Assembly: GCA_951813565.1 (NCBI GenBank) | Contig: OX638351.1 | Coordinates: 3,072,001 to 3,136,000 of the forward strand | Direction: 5' to 3' | Origin: an uncultured Poribacteria bacterium | GTDB lineage: Bacteria; Poribacteria; WGA-4E; WGA-3G | Length of the DNA: 64,000 nucleotides | Part shown: one piece after another, positions 29,971-40,357 of the stretch | Numbering within the stretch: position 1 is the first letter of the stretch | Layout of the letters: every line of letters starts with the position of its first letter | The notes under the pieces: model-generated | The model's input: the letters and a program-made list of their open reading frames with translations, nothing else | What the model was told of the DNA's origin: nothing | The model's database searches: none | Program-made: the position numbers and the translations under genes

Positions 29971-30371
29971 CGCTAAAAGTCAAAAATAGGTTGACAATTT
30001 TTTGTAACCTGTTTAAAATAGGGAACGTAATTTGAACGTAACACCGGAAAAAGTAAAATAGGTTGACATTTTTTGTAACCGATGTTATAATAGGTAACGT
30101 TAAATTACTAAATCGGTTTGACAGGAAAACAATTCTTGTAGGAGGGTTTGAAAGCCCGATTACGAAAACCAAACCGAATCCCTAAAAATGAAGGATGTGT
30201 GCAACGGAAACGCATATATCCGATTTAAAAGGTTAGTAGAATAGATTTCATCCCTGAATCTGTTCTTGATATTTCAAATTGTATTGTCGGGCGCGATAAC
30301 GCAATACACGCACATCGCCCCAAATAGTTAATTGTTTTTTAGAAAGATTTTTAAATGAGGAGAAATTAATA

Positions 30372-33300
30372 ATGCGATTGTCAAATAAATCGACATTTTC
30401 CTTAGCAAGTTTAATTTTGCTGTTGGCACTTGGGGTTATCTTTGGAACTACCTTTGTGATGGCACATGCTCCAGATGATGCTACTGTAGGTCCACATACT
30501 CACCCAGTAACGGAGGAAGTTGCGGCAGACGCCAGTGCCACTCCCCCTGTGCTACCAGTGCCTATACATAATGCTCACCCAAGCCCAGTAATTACGCTAA
30601 AGAGTGGTCAGACTAATGTCCGAGGCAATATGATAGCGCTTGACGCTACTACTAATACTACTTTTACCTTAGTCGTTGATTACGGTATGGATGTAACTGG
30701 TGCTGCCGATAATACTGATACATCGGGTGTTCTGGATACCGATCTAAGCATTGGTGCTGATGATCATGCAACACTGCAAGTTGACAACAATGCGGCTGCG
30801 GACGCAGGTTTTGCTATCACGCGTGTCGTTGGGGATGCTTCTATGTTTGAGGTAGTAGTAACTCCCGGGCTTTATCCGAATGCCGACACGGCAGCCACAG
30901 CTACGAACGATGACACCTTGACGTTCAGAATACAATTACCAGCAGGTGGCTTGTTTAGTCTGCAAACAACAGAAATTGGCACGGGTGTTGATCCAGTAAC
31001 TGTTCCTGGTGGCGCAAGTTTGGCATCAGCACTTTCTGTTTTCACGTTGGTTGATGCGTTGGAGACGATTACCACGCCAGACACAACAGCTCCAAGTTTT
31101 ACGGTTGTCACGACACCTGCCGATGATACCGCACTTACAGCAGGTGACCCAGTTCAGTTTACCCTTACTGCTACTGAGGAGCTGGGAACTGGAAATAATG
31201 AACTTTTGGCGACTAATGTTGAAGGCACAACGAATGTTACATCAATGTCATTTGTTAGAGTTTCAAACACGCAATACGTCGTGATTGTAACGCCTACGGA
31301 TCATACGAAGCCAATAGTTATCACAATTGCAGCGGATGCTGTGTTTGATACCGCTGATACTCCGAATGGCAATGCAGAGCAGACCTTTACATTCACGCCC
31401 GCAGATACTGTAGCGCCAACAGTCACTATTACTTCTGCTGCAGGAACAGGTACTGATGCGGATAAGGTTGTTTTCACATTCACATTTAGTGAAGCGGTAC
31501 AAGATTTTACTGAAGATGATCTTATTAGAAGTACTGGTGTTACGTTAGCAGGAAATCTTGAGTCTGATGACAATACAGTGTTTACAGTGCTTGTAAACCT
31601 AGCTCCAGCAGGTTCTCCGACATCACTAACACTTCGAGCTGGTGCGGTTACGGACGGTGCTAATCGATCAGTAGGGGATAAGCTGCATACGTATGTAGCA
31701 CCTGATGAACCTGATCCTGACCCAGTTGACCCGATGGATCCGACATCTCCAGCGAACATCTCTGGACAGATCACGATCCCAGCAGAATCTTATGTTATTC
31801 TTGTGCGGGATAAGGCTGCTACTATAGGCAATAATCCTCCACTTGGACAACGTTTTGATGGGATTCTGGATCTAAACAATAACCGCGTCATACCAGATGC
31901 CAAAATCATGGAATGGTCAGGTATGCCAGACTTAGCCGAACTCTTTGATAGAGGCGCGACTGGTGGTGGTGGTGCCCTGGTCTTGAGAAAGGCTGTTGGC
32001 GATACTGCTGCACCTGCTGTTGGCACAGTCGGTATCAGCGAAATTATGTGGGCTATTGATGCTGGCTACATCGGTCAAACAAGAGCAAGAGATTCACAGT
32101 GGATTGAACTTCACAATCTCAATACGACTGCTAAGACTGTTTTGATATATGCCCAAACAGGCGCTCAGTTTACGAATAATAATAGAATCGTTGTTGATAC
32201 GCAAGCTGGCGACCGACTTTACGGGAAACTTGGTGAAGCCAATGAAACGAAGATGGTCGTTGATGTTATGACAAACTACTTCAACGGTAGTGATCGTGGC
32301 ACTGAAGGTTGGGATATACCGGGCAGCAACGGTAGTAGCAAAGTAGGTATTGATTTTGTCTCAATGGCACGTATCCCTAAGCGTGACGAGTTTAATCTTA
32401 CTCGTAGACACGAGGACAAGAATGATAAACCGCTTGATGGTTTATATAATAATGCAAAGGGAGCCGAAAACAGCTTAGATGGTAGATCATCAGGTTCTTG
32501 GGCAGCTGCTACAGTGAGTTATCATACTGATGCCACTGATAATCCGGATGCTGCAACGACGAATGTCCCAACAACTTATGACTATCTTGGCACACCGGGA
32601 CGTCCGAATACGCACAAAGCTGCTTCTCACATTACCAAAGATGGCCGCACAAGCGTTCCTGCAAATTCTGTTATTATCAACGAGGTCGCGAACCGCTCTG
32701 ATGCACGCTATGAGTGGATTGAACTTCGTAATCTTACGGATAGCGAGGTAAACATAAGGAATTACATGATTTCCGTTGTAACCTCTAACAGTTCAGATAA
32801 ACCGCTGATCCAGTTACCAGCGAATAATAACGCTAAGATTGCTCCACAAGGTGTTCTACTCTTAGTTGCCTCTGATCCGAGAAACAACCCAGATCACCCA
32901 CTGGCAGTCGGTTGGAACGTTGATCTCGACCCAGAAGATCAAGCGCGCGGTTTGGCTGAAATCGGTATTACTAAAACCTCCAAACACGGACGTTATAAGG
33001 TCGTTGACTTTGAAGGTGGTGGTCTACCTGATGGTGACAGTCAGAAGTTTGTGCTGATTCTACGTAGAAAAGATAACGATGAGGGTCAACGCTCTGGCGC
33101 AGATGGCGGCAAAGGTGTTGCTGAAACAGGTAATGCTGACCTTGATAAAATTCTGGATATTGGTGGATATGACAACAATCTGTCCAAAAGCGGATATTCA
33201 AATGCTGTGTCATCAACCAATCTATGGCCATTGAGGAATTTTGAAGGTCCTGCCAGCAATAAGAACCGGTTCTTGTTAGATCGAGTTATTCGTCGCCAGC

Positions 33301-34622
33301 ATGTTTCAGCAGACGGTGGTAAGAGTGGTGTCGGAACAACACATGGTGACAAAAACCAGGGTCAAGTCGCTTTCGGACCTACTGGTTACACCGGTATCGG
33401 TTACAAACGTCAAGCTGCTGATTCCTCAGTTCACGGTGGCGACCCTGGTTATGACGGTGTCACGAGAAATAGTGCACACGATAGTGACGGTGGTCCCCGA
33501 GTCTATATCAGCGAAATTATGTTGTCTCAAGGTAGTGAACGCACGAAACTGCCACAGTGGATTGAACTCTACAATGCCTCTGATTACGCGATTAACCTCG
33601 CTGGTGGTGATGGTGTCGGTTGGAGACTCGTAATTGAAAATCCGCTTGATCCTATCCGTACCATTAACTTTAGAGATAAAGGTAATGTTAAGACTATTAA
33701 CCCGAAGCAATCGGTGATTGTCGTTTCTGCGTCAGCGCGGAGTTTCGGTAGTGATCACCTGCCTTCAGCGACCGTATTCCCAGATACCCGTGTATTTAAC
33801 GTGTATAAGGAATTGAAAGGTCATTTTGAAATGACAAGTCGCACCTCATCGATTATCAATCCGACAGCATTCAACATCAAATTAATTGATGGTGGAAAAA
33901 AGGTTAATGACGTTGTGATGTATACTACATCAGACGAAATCGGTAACCTTGACGGTAATGCTCGGACGAGTGATGAAGGTATGTGGGATTACCCGGAAAG
34001 TATCACAGAAGATGGATACAGAAGTTCACTCATCCGTATCTTTGATGATGGTACACCACGTGAGGGTATTAGCATGATGGAAAGTGATGTTAAACCTCTC
34101 GGTGGCACTGCTGGTGAGGGTGTAGACGGAATGCCCGGTATTGATTCCAAGTATAGTTGGGTTCATGCCGCGGATACTGATTTCGTTGACATCTTTGTCC
34201 GTCATACTTGGTATGGAAGTGAGAATGACTTTGGTACACCCGCAAACCGTGCAGCACAAGTAACTCCTGTTAACTTGTCCTTCTTCCGTCCAGCATTGGA
34301 AAACGGCGAAGTCGTTATCCGTTGGACAACCGAATCTGAACTTGACAACGCTGGATTTAATATCCTTCGTAGTGAAGAACGAAACGGTGAATACAAGCAG
34401 GTTAACACCGAACTGATTGCCGGTCATGGCACAACAGGTGAACGCCACTCTTACAAGTGGGTTGACCCGACTGCTAAACCTGGTGTTGTTTATTATTATC
34501 AAATTGAAGATGTATCTTTCGCCGGTGAGCACCAAGTGCTTGCTTTGACCAAGTTGAAAGGTTTGATCTCGGCCAAGAACAAACTGACAACGCGGTGGGG
34601 CGAATTGAAATCACAAGATTAA
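30372..34622 (+). CDS. Large secreted protein with Ig-like and lamin-tail domains, 1416 aa
   Basis: Signal peptide; DT.AP..FTF.FSE Ig-like repeats; three I[S/N]E..WIEL.N lamin-tail motifs; WTTESELDNAGFNI; terminal KLTTRWGELK. Confidence 0.85.
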   Translation: MRLSNKSTFSLASLILLLALGVIFGTTFVMAHAPDDATVGPHTHPVTEEVAADASATPPVLPVPIHNAHPSPVITLKSGQTNVRGNMIALDATTNTTFTLVVDYGMDVTGAADNTDTSGVLDTDLSIGADDHATLQVDNNAAADAGFAITRVVGDASMFEVVVTPGLYPNADTAATATNDDTLTFRIQLPAGGLFSLQTTEIGTGVDPVTVPGGASLASALSVFTLVDALETITTPDTTAPSFTVVTTPADDTALTAGDPVQFTLTATEELGTGNNELLATNVEGTTNVTSMSFVRVSNTQYVVIVTPTDHTKPIVITIAADAVFDTADTPNGNAEQTFTFTPADTVAPTVTITSAAGTGTDADKVVFTFTFSEAVQDFTEDDLIRSTGVTLAGNLESDDNTVFTVLVNLAPAGSPTSLTLRAGAVTDGANRSVGDKLHTYVAPDEPDPDPVDPMDPTSPANISGQITIPAESYVILVRDKAATIGNNPPLGQRFDGILDLNNNRVIPDAKIMEWSGMPDLAELFDRGATGGGGALVLRKAVGDTAAPAVGTVGISEIMWAIDAGYIGQTRARDSQWIELHNLNTTAKTVLIYAQTGAQFTNNNRIVVDTQAGDRLYGKLGEANETKMVVDVMTNYFNGSDRGTEGWDIPGSNGSSKVGIDFVSMARIPKRDEFNLTRRHEDKNDKPLDGLYNNAKGAENSLDGRSSGSWAAATVSYHTDATDNPDAATTNVPTTYDYLGTPGRPNTHKAASHITKDGRTSVPANSVIINEVANRSDARYEWIELRNLTDSEVNIRNYMISVVTSNSSDKPLIQLPANNNAKIAPQGVLLLVASDPRNNPDHPLAVGWNVDLDPEDQARGLAEIGITKTSKHGRYKVVDFEGGGLPDGDSQKFVLILRRKDNDEGQRSGADGGKGVAETGNADLDKILDIGGYDNNLSKSGYSNAVSSTNLWPLRNFEGPASNKNRFLLDRVIRRQHVSADGGKSGVGTTHGDKNQGQVAFGPTGYTGIGYKRQAADSSVHGGDPGYDGVTRNSAHDSDGGPRVYISEIMLSQGSERTKLPQWIELYNASDYAINLAGGDGVGWRLVIENPLDPIRTINFRDKGNVKTINPKQSVIVVSASARSFGSDHLPSATVFPDTRVFNVYKELKGHFEMTSRTSSIINPTAFNIKLIDGGKKVNDVVMYTTSDEIGNLDGNARTSDEGMWDYPESITEDGYRSSLIRIFDDGTPREGISMMESDVKPLGGTAGEGVDGMPGIDSKYSWVHAADTDFVDIFVRHTWYGSENDFGTPANRAAQVTPVNLSFFRPALENGEVVIRWTTESELDNAGFNILRSEERNGEYKQVNTELIAGHGTTGERHSYKWVDPTAKPGVVYYYQIEDVSFAGEHQVLALTKLKGLISAKNKLTTRWGELKSQD

Positions 34623-34649
34623 CTCAGGGATATTCTAACTAACCTACCC

Positions 34650-34693
34650 AAAAAAAGCGGGCGTTGGACTTCGGTTCAATGCCCGCTTTTTTT
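34650..34693 (+). terminator. Intrinsic terminator (potentially bidirectional)
   Basis: A7-GCGGGCGTTGGAC-TTCG-GTTCAATGCCCGC-T7. Confidence 0.9.
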
Positions 34694-34816
34694 CTTTTTT
34701 TAGAAAAGGAAACAATGGGCGGGCACAGGGACCTGCCCCTACACTCAAAGGGATCCACTTATTGTAGGGCGAGGTCCCTGTGCCTCGCCATGTCTTGATG
34801 AAGAGAACCAATTAAC

Positions 34817-34845
34817 TTGACATCTCCCCTAAACCATACTATAAT
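34817..34845 (+). promoter_or_regulatory. Consensus sigma70 promoter
   Basis: TTGACA-17 nt-TATAAT upstream of the 34884 gene. Confidence 0.75.
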
Positions 34846-34883
34846 ATAAACAAACAACAGTACCGGAGGACAACCCCAAACCG

Positions 34884-36131
34884 ATGAAAAAGCTCTTTAT
34901 AATACTCATAACACTCACACTTTTAGCCCCCAGTTTGCAAGCGAAGACAACCACCTATAGCGAACACATCGCCCCGATCCTACAGAAACAGTGCCAAGCC
35001 TGCCACCGACAAGGCGAAGTCGCCCCCTTTGCACTCACCGACTACCGAGAAGCAAAAGCGTGGGCAACAGAAATCGCTGAATATACTAAAGCACGACTGA
35101 TGCCACCTTGGAAACCCGCACATGGATACGGCACCTTCAAAAACGAACGCCGACTGACCGACAAAGAAATCCAAATGATAACTGACTGGGCAGAATCAGG
35201 CGCACCCGCAGGCGACCTTGACGCAGTACCGCCGAACCCAAAATTTCATGATGGGTGGATACTCGGAGAACCCGACCATATCGTTGAAATGCCCGTAGAA
35301 TACGAAATTGAGCCGGAAGGTGAAGACGAATATCGGCACTTCATCATTCCCACCAACTTTGACACAGATATATATGTTCAGGCAGTGGATGTGCAACCGG
35401 GCAACCGCAAAACAGTCCACCATGTCATCGCATATCTGGATACAAAGGGACAAGGGCGACAACTTGCCGCACAGGACCCCAAACCGGGGTATGTAACAGG
35501 CGGCACTGGACCCGGTATTGATGTTGTAGGGACGCTCGGTGGATGGGCACCCGGCGTTACACCTTCCGTTCTACCCGAAGGCGTTGGGTATCTGTTGCCA
35601 AAAGGCGCTGATATTGTGCTACAGGTACACTATTATCGCACTGGACATCTTGAGCGCGACCAATCGCGTATGGCGCTTTATTTTTCCAAAACACCCAAAA
35701 CAACCCCGCTGGAAATCAGTTCAGCGATCAACGATAAGTTTATGATCCCAGCAGGCGATGCGAAATATGCTGTCCACGCATCCAGAAGTATCAAGAAAGA
35801 CAGTTATCTGTTAGCCACGATGCCGCACATGCATCTGCTCGGACGCGACATGCGTATCATTGCTAAACCGCCAACGGGCGACCCGATTGACCTTATCTGG
35901 ATACAAGATTGGGATTTCAACTGGCAGGACATCTATCACTATCATAAACCTGTCTTTCTCCCCGCAGGCACACAAGTCTCTCTTGTCGCTCATTTTGACA
36001 ACTCTGCCACCAATCCAGCCAATCCGCACGACCCACCTGTCCCCGTCGGTTGGGGAGACAAAACCACAGATGAAATGTGCATCGGTTTCATTTATTATGT
36101 TGATGCAAGTGAATTTCAGCCTGTGGAATAA
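34884..36131 (+). CDS. Secreted copper type II ascorbate-dependent monooxygenase-like protein with a heme c motif
   Basis: CQACH, MPPW, VHHV, QVHY, PHMHLLG, WDFNWQ, DEMC. Confidence 0.82.
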   Translation: MKKLFIILITLTLLAPSLQAKTTTYSEHIAPILQKQCQACHRQGEVAPFALTDYREAKAWATEIAEYTKARLMPPWKPAHGYGTFKNERRLTDKEIQMITDWAESGAPAGDLDAVPPNPKFHDGWILGEPDHIVEMPVEYEIEPEGEDEYRHFIIPTNFDTDIYVQAVDVQPGNRKTVHHVIAYLDTKGQGRQLAAQDPKPGYVTGGTGPGIDVVGTLGGWAPGVTPSVLPEGVGYLLPKGADIVLQVHYYRTGHLERDQSRMALYFSKTPKTTPLEISSAINDKFMIPAGDAKYAVHASRSIKKDSYLLATMPHMHLLGRDMRIIAKPPTGDPIDLIWIQDWDFNWQDIYHYHKPVFLPAGTQVSLVAHFDNSATNPANPHDPPVPVGWGDKTTDEMCIGFIYYVDASEFQPVE

Positions 36132-36140
36132 AGGCTATAA

Positions 36141-36354
36141 AACTGTAGGTTGGTGTCATAGAATCAACTGTAGGTCGGTTTCATAGAATCAACTGTAGGT
36201 CGGGGTCTCCGTGCCCCGACATGTCCTCCTCCTATTGTAGGTCGGGGTCTCCGTGCCCCGACATGTCCTCCTCCTATTGTAGGTCGGGGTCTCCGTGCCC
36301 CGACAATGTTATAAGTGATATAAACAAAGGGCGGGCACAGAGACCCGCCCCTAC
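36141..36354. repeat. Tandem GTAG REP-like array between convergent genes
   Basis: Two 25-bp units, then GTAGGTCGGGGTCTCCGTGCCCCGAC at 42-bp spacing (36194, 36236, 36278) and an inverted partner near 36328-36354. Confidence 0.88.
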
Positions 36355-36373
36355 AATGGGTGGACAAATAATC

Positions 36374-37057
36374 TTATTTTTCCTTCCGCCCCACAAAATA
36401 CACCGCAGACGCCAAAATATGCGAATGCGGATGCAATAACAACAACATATCCAACAACACCAACGGAAACGTCAACCACCCCACCAGAAGCGACACCGCC
36501 TTTGCAACCAACAAACTCCCGAAAGAACACACAAGCCCAACGTATTCACGAAAAATCCAATGCAGTGCCGTTGTAGGTCCCGCGCATGCCCCACTTTCTA
36601 TCTCATGGAACTGGGAAAACAACGCCACGAACCCAGTCGTCGTCCAGCGTTGATAATCGTGAGGTGATGCGTGATACCCTTGTAGAAATGGCACCGCTGC
36701 GCACACATACCCATCCGGTTTTAGCACACGAGACATCTCTGCTACAACACGCTGCGGGTCGCGGACATGCTCCAGCACCGCCTCAGAGATAACCGCATCA
36801 AACACATTATCTGTAAACGGCAAACAGTGACCGTCTGCCACAACATCCACCGCGGGAGTCGTCTCAATCTCAAGGTTAATCACATTTGGTGCACGACGAT
36901 GCATGCCAGAGCCCAGGTCCAAAACCCGTGCATTAGGTCCCAGTTCTCGGAGCACCCGTTTAACAGCACGATTCCAACGCGGTGCTGGATAAGGGCATCC
37001 CATCAGAGGTGCCAACAATCGGTTTTGCCGTAACTGACGTTTTATCCGTTCAACCAT
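36374..37057 (-). CDS. Class I SAM-dependent methyltransferase
   Basis: VLDLGSG, LPF.DNVFD, VLEHV, RVLKP; start moved to ATG 37057 because the longer ORF reads through REPs. Confidence 0.87.
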   Translation of the reverse strand: MVERIKRQLRQNRLLAPLMGCPYPAPRWNRAVKRVLRELGPNARVLDLGSGMHRRAPNVINLEIETTPAVDVVADGHCLPFTDNVFDAVISEAVLEHVRDPQRVVAEMSRVLKPDGYVCAAVPFLQGYHASPHDYQRWTTTGFVALFSQFHEIESGACAGPTTALHWIFREYVGLVCSFGSLLVAKAVSLLVGWLTFPLVLLDMLLLLHPHSHILASAVYFVGRKEK

Positions 37058-37060
37058 TTT

Positions 37061-37187
37061 TCTTGTAGGAGGGTTTTGTAAACCCGATTTTCTTGTGGTC
37101 TTGTAAGTCTGATTTCCATTTCTTGTGGGAGGGCTTTCTAAGCCCGATTGTATGTGTTTTAATCGGGGTTGAAAACCCCTCCCACAG
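37061..37187. repeat. REP-like cluster (GT[A/G]GGAGGG...CCCGATT family)
   Basis: Two direct copies and one inverted copy; the same family recurs near 26712, 27607, 30137, 38175, 51028 and 57526. Confidence 0.8.
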
Positions 37188-37283
37188 GACAATAATCCTT
37201 AAATTGATTGGCTGCGTGGCAAACGTCAAATACGCGTATGGTATTTGACGCCTCTTACACTCTGTTGATTCATTCGTTCAGAC

Positions 37284-37314
37284 AAAAAAAAACGGGGTCA
37301 GAACTCTGACCCCG
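37284..37314 (-). terminator. Intrinsic terminator of the rpsU operon
   Basis: CGGGGTCAGA / TCTGACCCCG stem followed by T9 on the minus strand. Confidence 0.85.
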
Positions 37315-37325
37315 CCATAACCGAC

Positions 37326-37862
37326 TTATACATCAGGAAACTTTATATTCGCTTCATCCGCCGCCTTAGCCAAATCTTTGACAATCTGCATCGTCAACTG
37401 CGCCAATTTCCGAGAGAATTCAGCGTCAGAAACCCCTCGGTATCGTGATGGCTGCGATGCACCGAGCCGTTCATTTGCAATCGCCATTGCGCTTGTAATC
37501 AGCGGCAACGCTACCTCAATAGGTTCATCGCAGGGCGCTGGCGTCTCAACTGGTTCCGGTATTATGTCATCTTCTGTTTCAACCTCGCCTGTTAACATAC
37601 GTTCGCGGTTTTCAGAGATTGTGTCAAGAACCTGTTTCGCAGCGAATTGGTGAGCCCCCTTCTTCGCACCCGGTATCGGATCAATCGTCTCGTGAACTCT
37701 GTCACCGTAATGGACTGTAACCTTCCAACTCGGTGCGTCTGCTGTGCCGTGTTGTGTTTCAGTAAAACGCGGCTGACTCAACCCACGTTCTTGGCAATAT
37801 TGAATTAAAAGTCCTTTGTAGTTTCCATCAGGATCGGCAACATCAACATCCTGAACGGGCAT
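37326..37862 (-). CDS. Standalone double-stranded RNA-binding domain protein
   Basis: NYKGLLIQYCQ..GLSQPRF..G.ADAPSWKVTV..GAKKGAHQFAAKQVL fits the dsRBD pattern. Confidence 0.75.
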   Translation of the reverse strand: MPVQDVDVADPDGNYKGLLIQYCQERGLSQPRFTETQHGTADAPSWKVTVHYGDRVHETIDPIPGAKKGAHQFAAKQVLDTISENRERMLTGEVETEDDIIPEPVETPAPCDEPIEVALPLITSAMAIANERLGASQPSRYRGVSDAEFSRKLAQLTMQIVKDLAKAADEANIKFPDV

Positions 37863-37886
37863 ATATTACTACCTCCCGGAGCCGCT

Positions 37887-38108
37887 CTATCTGCCGTTAT
37901 CGTAGCGTGGGCGATACTCCATCGTGCGCGGTTTCACTTTCCGCTGGCGTTTCAGTTCAATTCGGCGACGTTTTTCGCTCGGCTTCTCATAAAAACTCCG
38001 TTTTTTGATTTCAGTGACAACGCCCGCTTTACCACACATCTTTTTAAAACGAGCCAATGCCCTATCAAAGGATTCGCCTGAATCAACCGTAACTTCAACT
38101 TGAACCAT
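37887..38108 (-). CDS. rpsU: 30S ribosomal protein S21
   Basis: ESFDRALARFKK..KKRSFYEKPSEKRR. Confidence 0.96.
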   Translation of the reverse strand: MVQVEVTVDSGESFDRALARFKKMCGKAGVVTEIKKRSFYEKPSEKRRRIELKRQRKVKPRTMEYRPRYDNGR

Positions 38109-38478
38109 GTTTACAATCCTCCTTCAACAAATTACTATATTAATCCAAGTTGCCACCTATTTGTGAACGCTCTTGTAGGAGGGGTTTCTAACCCCGATTT
38201 ATATCAGAAAACGTCAGAATCAGCGAGAAATCCTTGTTTTTCAGTAAAAAACGGTGGATGCCTGATCGAAATCTTGTAGATAGCAACTTGGGTTATATTA
38301 GTATATCATATCTCAGCGTAGATGTCAACTTTTTTTGGCGCTGTAACTGTGGTAGGCGGGGTTTCAAACCGTGCCTATATGCAATAGTCTGTAGGTTAGA
38401 TAGAGCAACACGAAACCCAACTTTTCTGGCAGTTAACGAAATGCAGTTCCGACAACTGATAGCTGATAACCGATAGCC

Positions 38479-38780
38479 CAGGGTTATTCAGTTTTATGAA
38501 TTTTCATTTGTCTCGTAAATGTGGATCGGTTCTCCTAAAACAGGGTGTGTTGTCTCCTCAGAAAGTGTGTCAGGAACGTCTTGAAAAAGTTTCTCAATCG
38601 CATCTAAAAGGTCAGGTTGGTTGTCTTTGACAGGGAGCATATAGTCTCCATCACCATCTATGAGTGCGTGGCAGAAAGTTCGCTGTGTCAAAAGCGCATC
38701 CGGGGAATGCCAAACGCGCATTCGGACCGTTGATTTGGTTGTGACGACTTTACCCCTCACATCAAAGGTCTTGAGGATCT
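38479..38780 (-). pseudogene. ISAs1-family transposase fragment
   Basis: GKVVT..DALLTQ..DGDYMLPVKDNQPDL; CAGGG end-like sequence at 38479; both termini missing. Confidence 0.8.
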
Positions 38781-38923
38781 CTGTTGAGAGATGAAGTTAC
38801 ATTATTGCGTATATTCAACAATTATGCTATAATCCCATTGTATCTGATAAACAACATCTGCAACAGATTATTCTAAATTCCCTTTGCTAATGTGGCACTG
38901 GACAACTTCATAAGGAGCAATAA

Positions 38924-40141
38924 ATGTCAAAAAAACAGTTCAAAGTTCGAGCGGCGCATTGCGATTATCGTGCAAGTGAAGAGGAGATTTATCAAATCCT
39001 ACGCCGTATCACGGACCCGCTTACGCAATCTTGGAAACCGATTGAGACTGCCAAAAAGGTTGTCATCAAATTCAACATGATGAAACCACATGAACGTATT
39101 ATATATTTTGAAGGCCGCCGCCGTGAACTGGTAGACGATGCAGTGTGCCGTGCAGTACTGCGATTGCTCAAAGAGCACACAACAGCACAACTCATCGCTA
39201 CAGATACAAACCCGTATACACATGGACATCGGATGCCACCCGGTTTTAACTATGAACATCATCTCAAAGAATTCGGCGTGCAATTTGTTGATTCAAACTT
39301 GCCACCGTTTAAAGTTTACGATGTTCCCGGGGGCGGTTCAATGTTTGACCGCTACACGTTGAGTGCTTGCTTTGACGATGCAGATGCGGTCGTTTCCGTA
39401 GCAAAGATGAAAAATCACGCATTCATGGGAATCACTTTGTGCACTAAGAATTTGTTCGGTTTACCACCGATGCTGCTCCCTGAAGGTAGAACGCGAAGTT
39501 ACTATCATCACCTCATCCGTTTGTCCTACGTCCTACCCGATCTTGCGCTGATTACAAAGCCATGTCTCAATATCATTGATGCGTTAACAGGACAGTGGGG
39601 ACGCGAATGGGGCGGCGAAGGCAGAATTTGCAACGCACTTATCGCAGGCGATCACCCAATTTCCACTGATACTGTTGGCATGCACTTGATGGGACATGAT
39701 CCTGCATCAGACTGGCCTACACCACCTTTTAAACGCGATCGTAATCATATCCTCATCGCTGCACAGCGCGGGTTCGGCACTGTTGATTTAGATGAAATTG
39801 ATTGGGAGAGCGAGGTTACGGCGCCTCTCGCGGAGTTTGACTCGGTGGAAACAGATAGCACACAAATGGTCGCTAATTGGCGCCGCACAACGTGTGAGCA
39901 GGGATTGGTCTATCTCGAAAACCAGAAAAACATGATAGATAAATATCGCGGAGATTTCATCTATTTGCAGGGTGGCGAAGTTGTTTGGAGCGGTCCGGAC
40001 CCATCGAATTTGGGAAGTCGCCGTCAGCTCAGTGGGGAAAAGAAGGATAGCGCCCTTTGGCTCAAGCTCGTTGATGCTGAGGAACACGAAGGGGAACGAT
40101 TTAACGTTTATGAGGAGTGCATGAAAGACTTTGCAGCGTAA
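38924..40141 (+). CDS. DUF362-like protein
   Basis: VVIKFN, VSVAKMKNH..ITLCTKNLFG, IIDAL. Confidence 0.8.
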   Translation: MSKKQFKVRAAHCDYRASEEEIYQILRRITDPLTQSWKPIETAKKVVIKFNMMKPHERIIYFEGRRRELVDDAVCRAVLRLLKEHTTAQLIATDTNPYTHGHRMPPGFNYEHHLKEFGVQFVDSNLPPFKVYDVPGGGSMFDRYTLSACFDDADAVVSVAKMKNHAFMGITLCTKNLFGLPPMLLPEGRTRSYYHHLIRLSYVLPDLALITKPCLNIIDALTGQWGREWGGEGRICNALIAGDHPISTDTVGMHLMGHDPASDWPTPPFKRDRNHILIAAQRGFGTVDLDEIDWESEVTAPLAEFDSVETDSTQMVANWRRTTCEQGLVYLENQKNMIDKYRGDFIYLQGGEVVWSGPDPSNLGSRRQLSGEKKDSALWLKLVDAEEHEGERFNVYEECMKDFAA

Positions 40142-40357
40142 AGTATGTAAACATTTTTGCTAAAATCTACACTCTTCTTATTGTAGGGTGGGTCTCTGTG
40201 CCTACCCGTTGTTTGATATATTCAGATATATGAGGGGCACAGTGACCCACCCCTACAAGAGAATGTCCGAGGCGCAATGAATTGCGCGGCTACAAACGCT
40301 ATAACACCTGAAAACGAGTCAATTTGCACAAGCTCTAAATTATAAGGGAAAAGACAG

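Larger units (their letters stand above)
29110..30091 (+). promoter_or_regulatory. Tandem sigma70-like promoters upstream of the 1416-aa surface protein
   Basis: TTGACA-17-TATAAT (29110, 30063), TTGGCA-17-TACAAT (29534), TTGACA-17-TATACT (29616), TTGACA-18-TATCAT (29702), TTGACA-17-TAAAAT (29991). Confidence 0.7.

Noticed and set aside
36141..36305. Regularly spaced repeats resembling a CRISPR array
   Set aside because: The intervening sequences are identical and short, and the unit is a GTAG REP found elsewhere in the window.
37058..37192. N-terminal extension of the methyltransferase and other short ORFs with PPTR or GARRPRPT repeats
   Set aside because: These are translations of REP DNA, as are the ORFs at 27722, 29314, 29810, 36164 and 51007.
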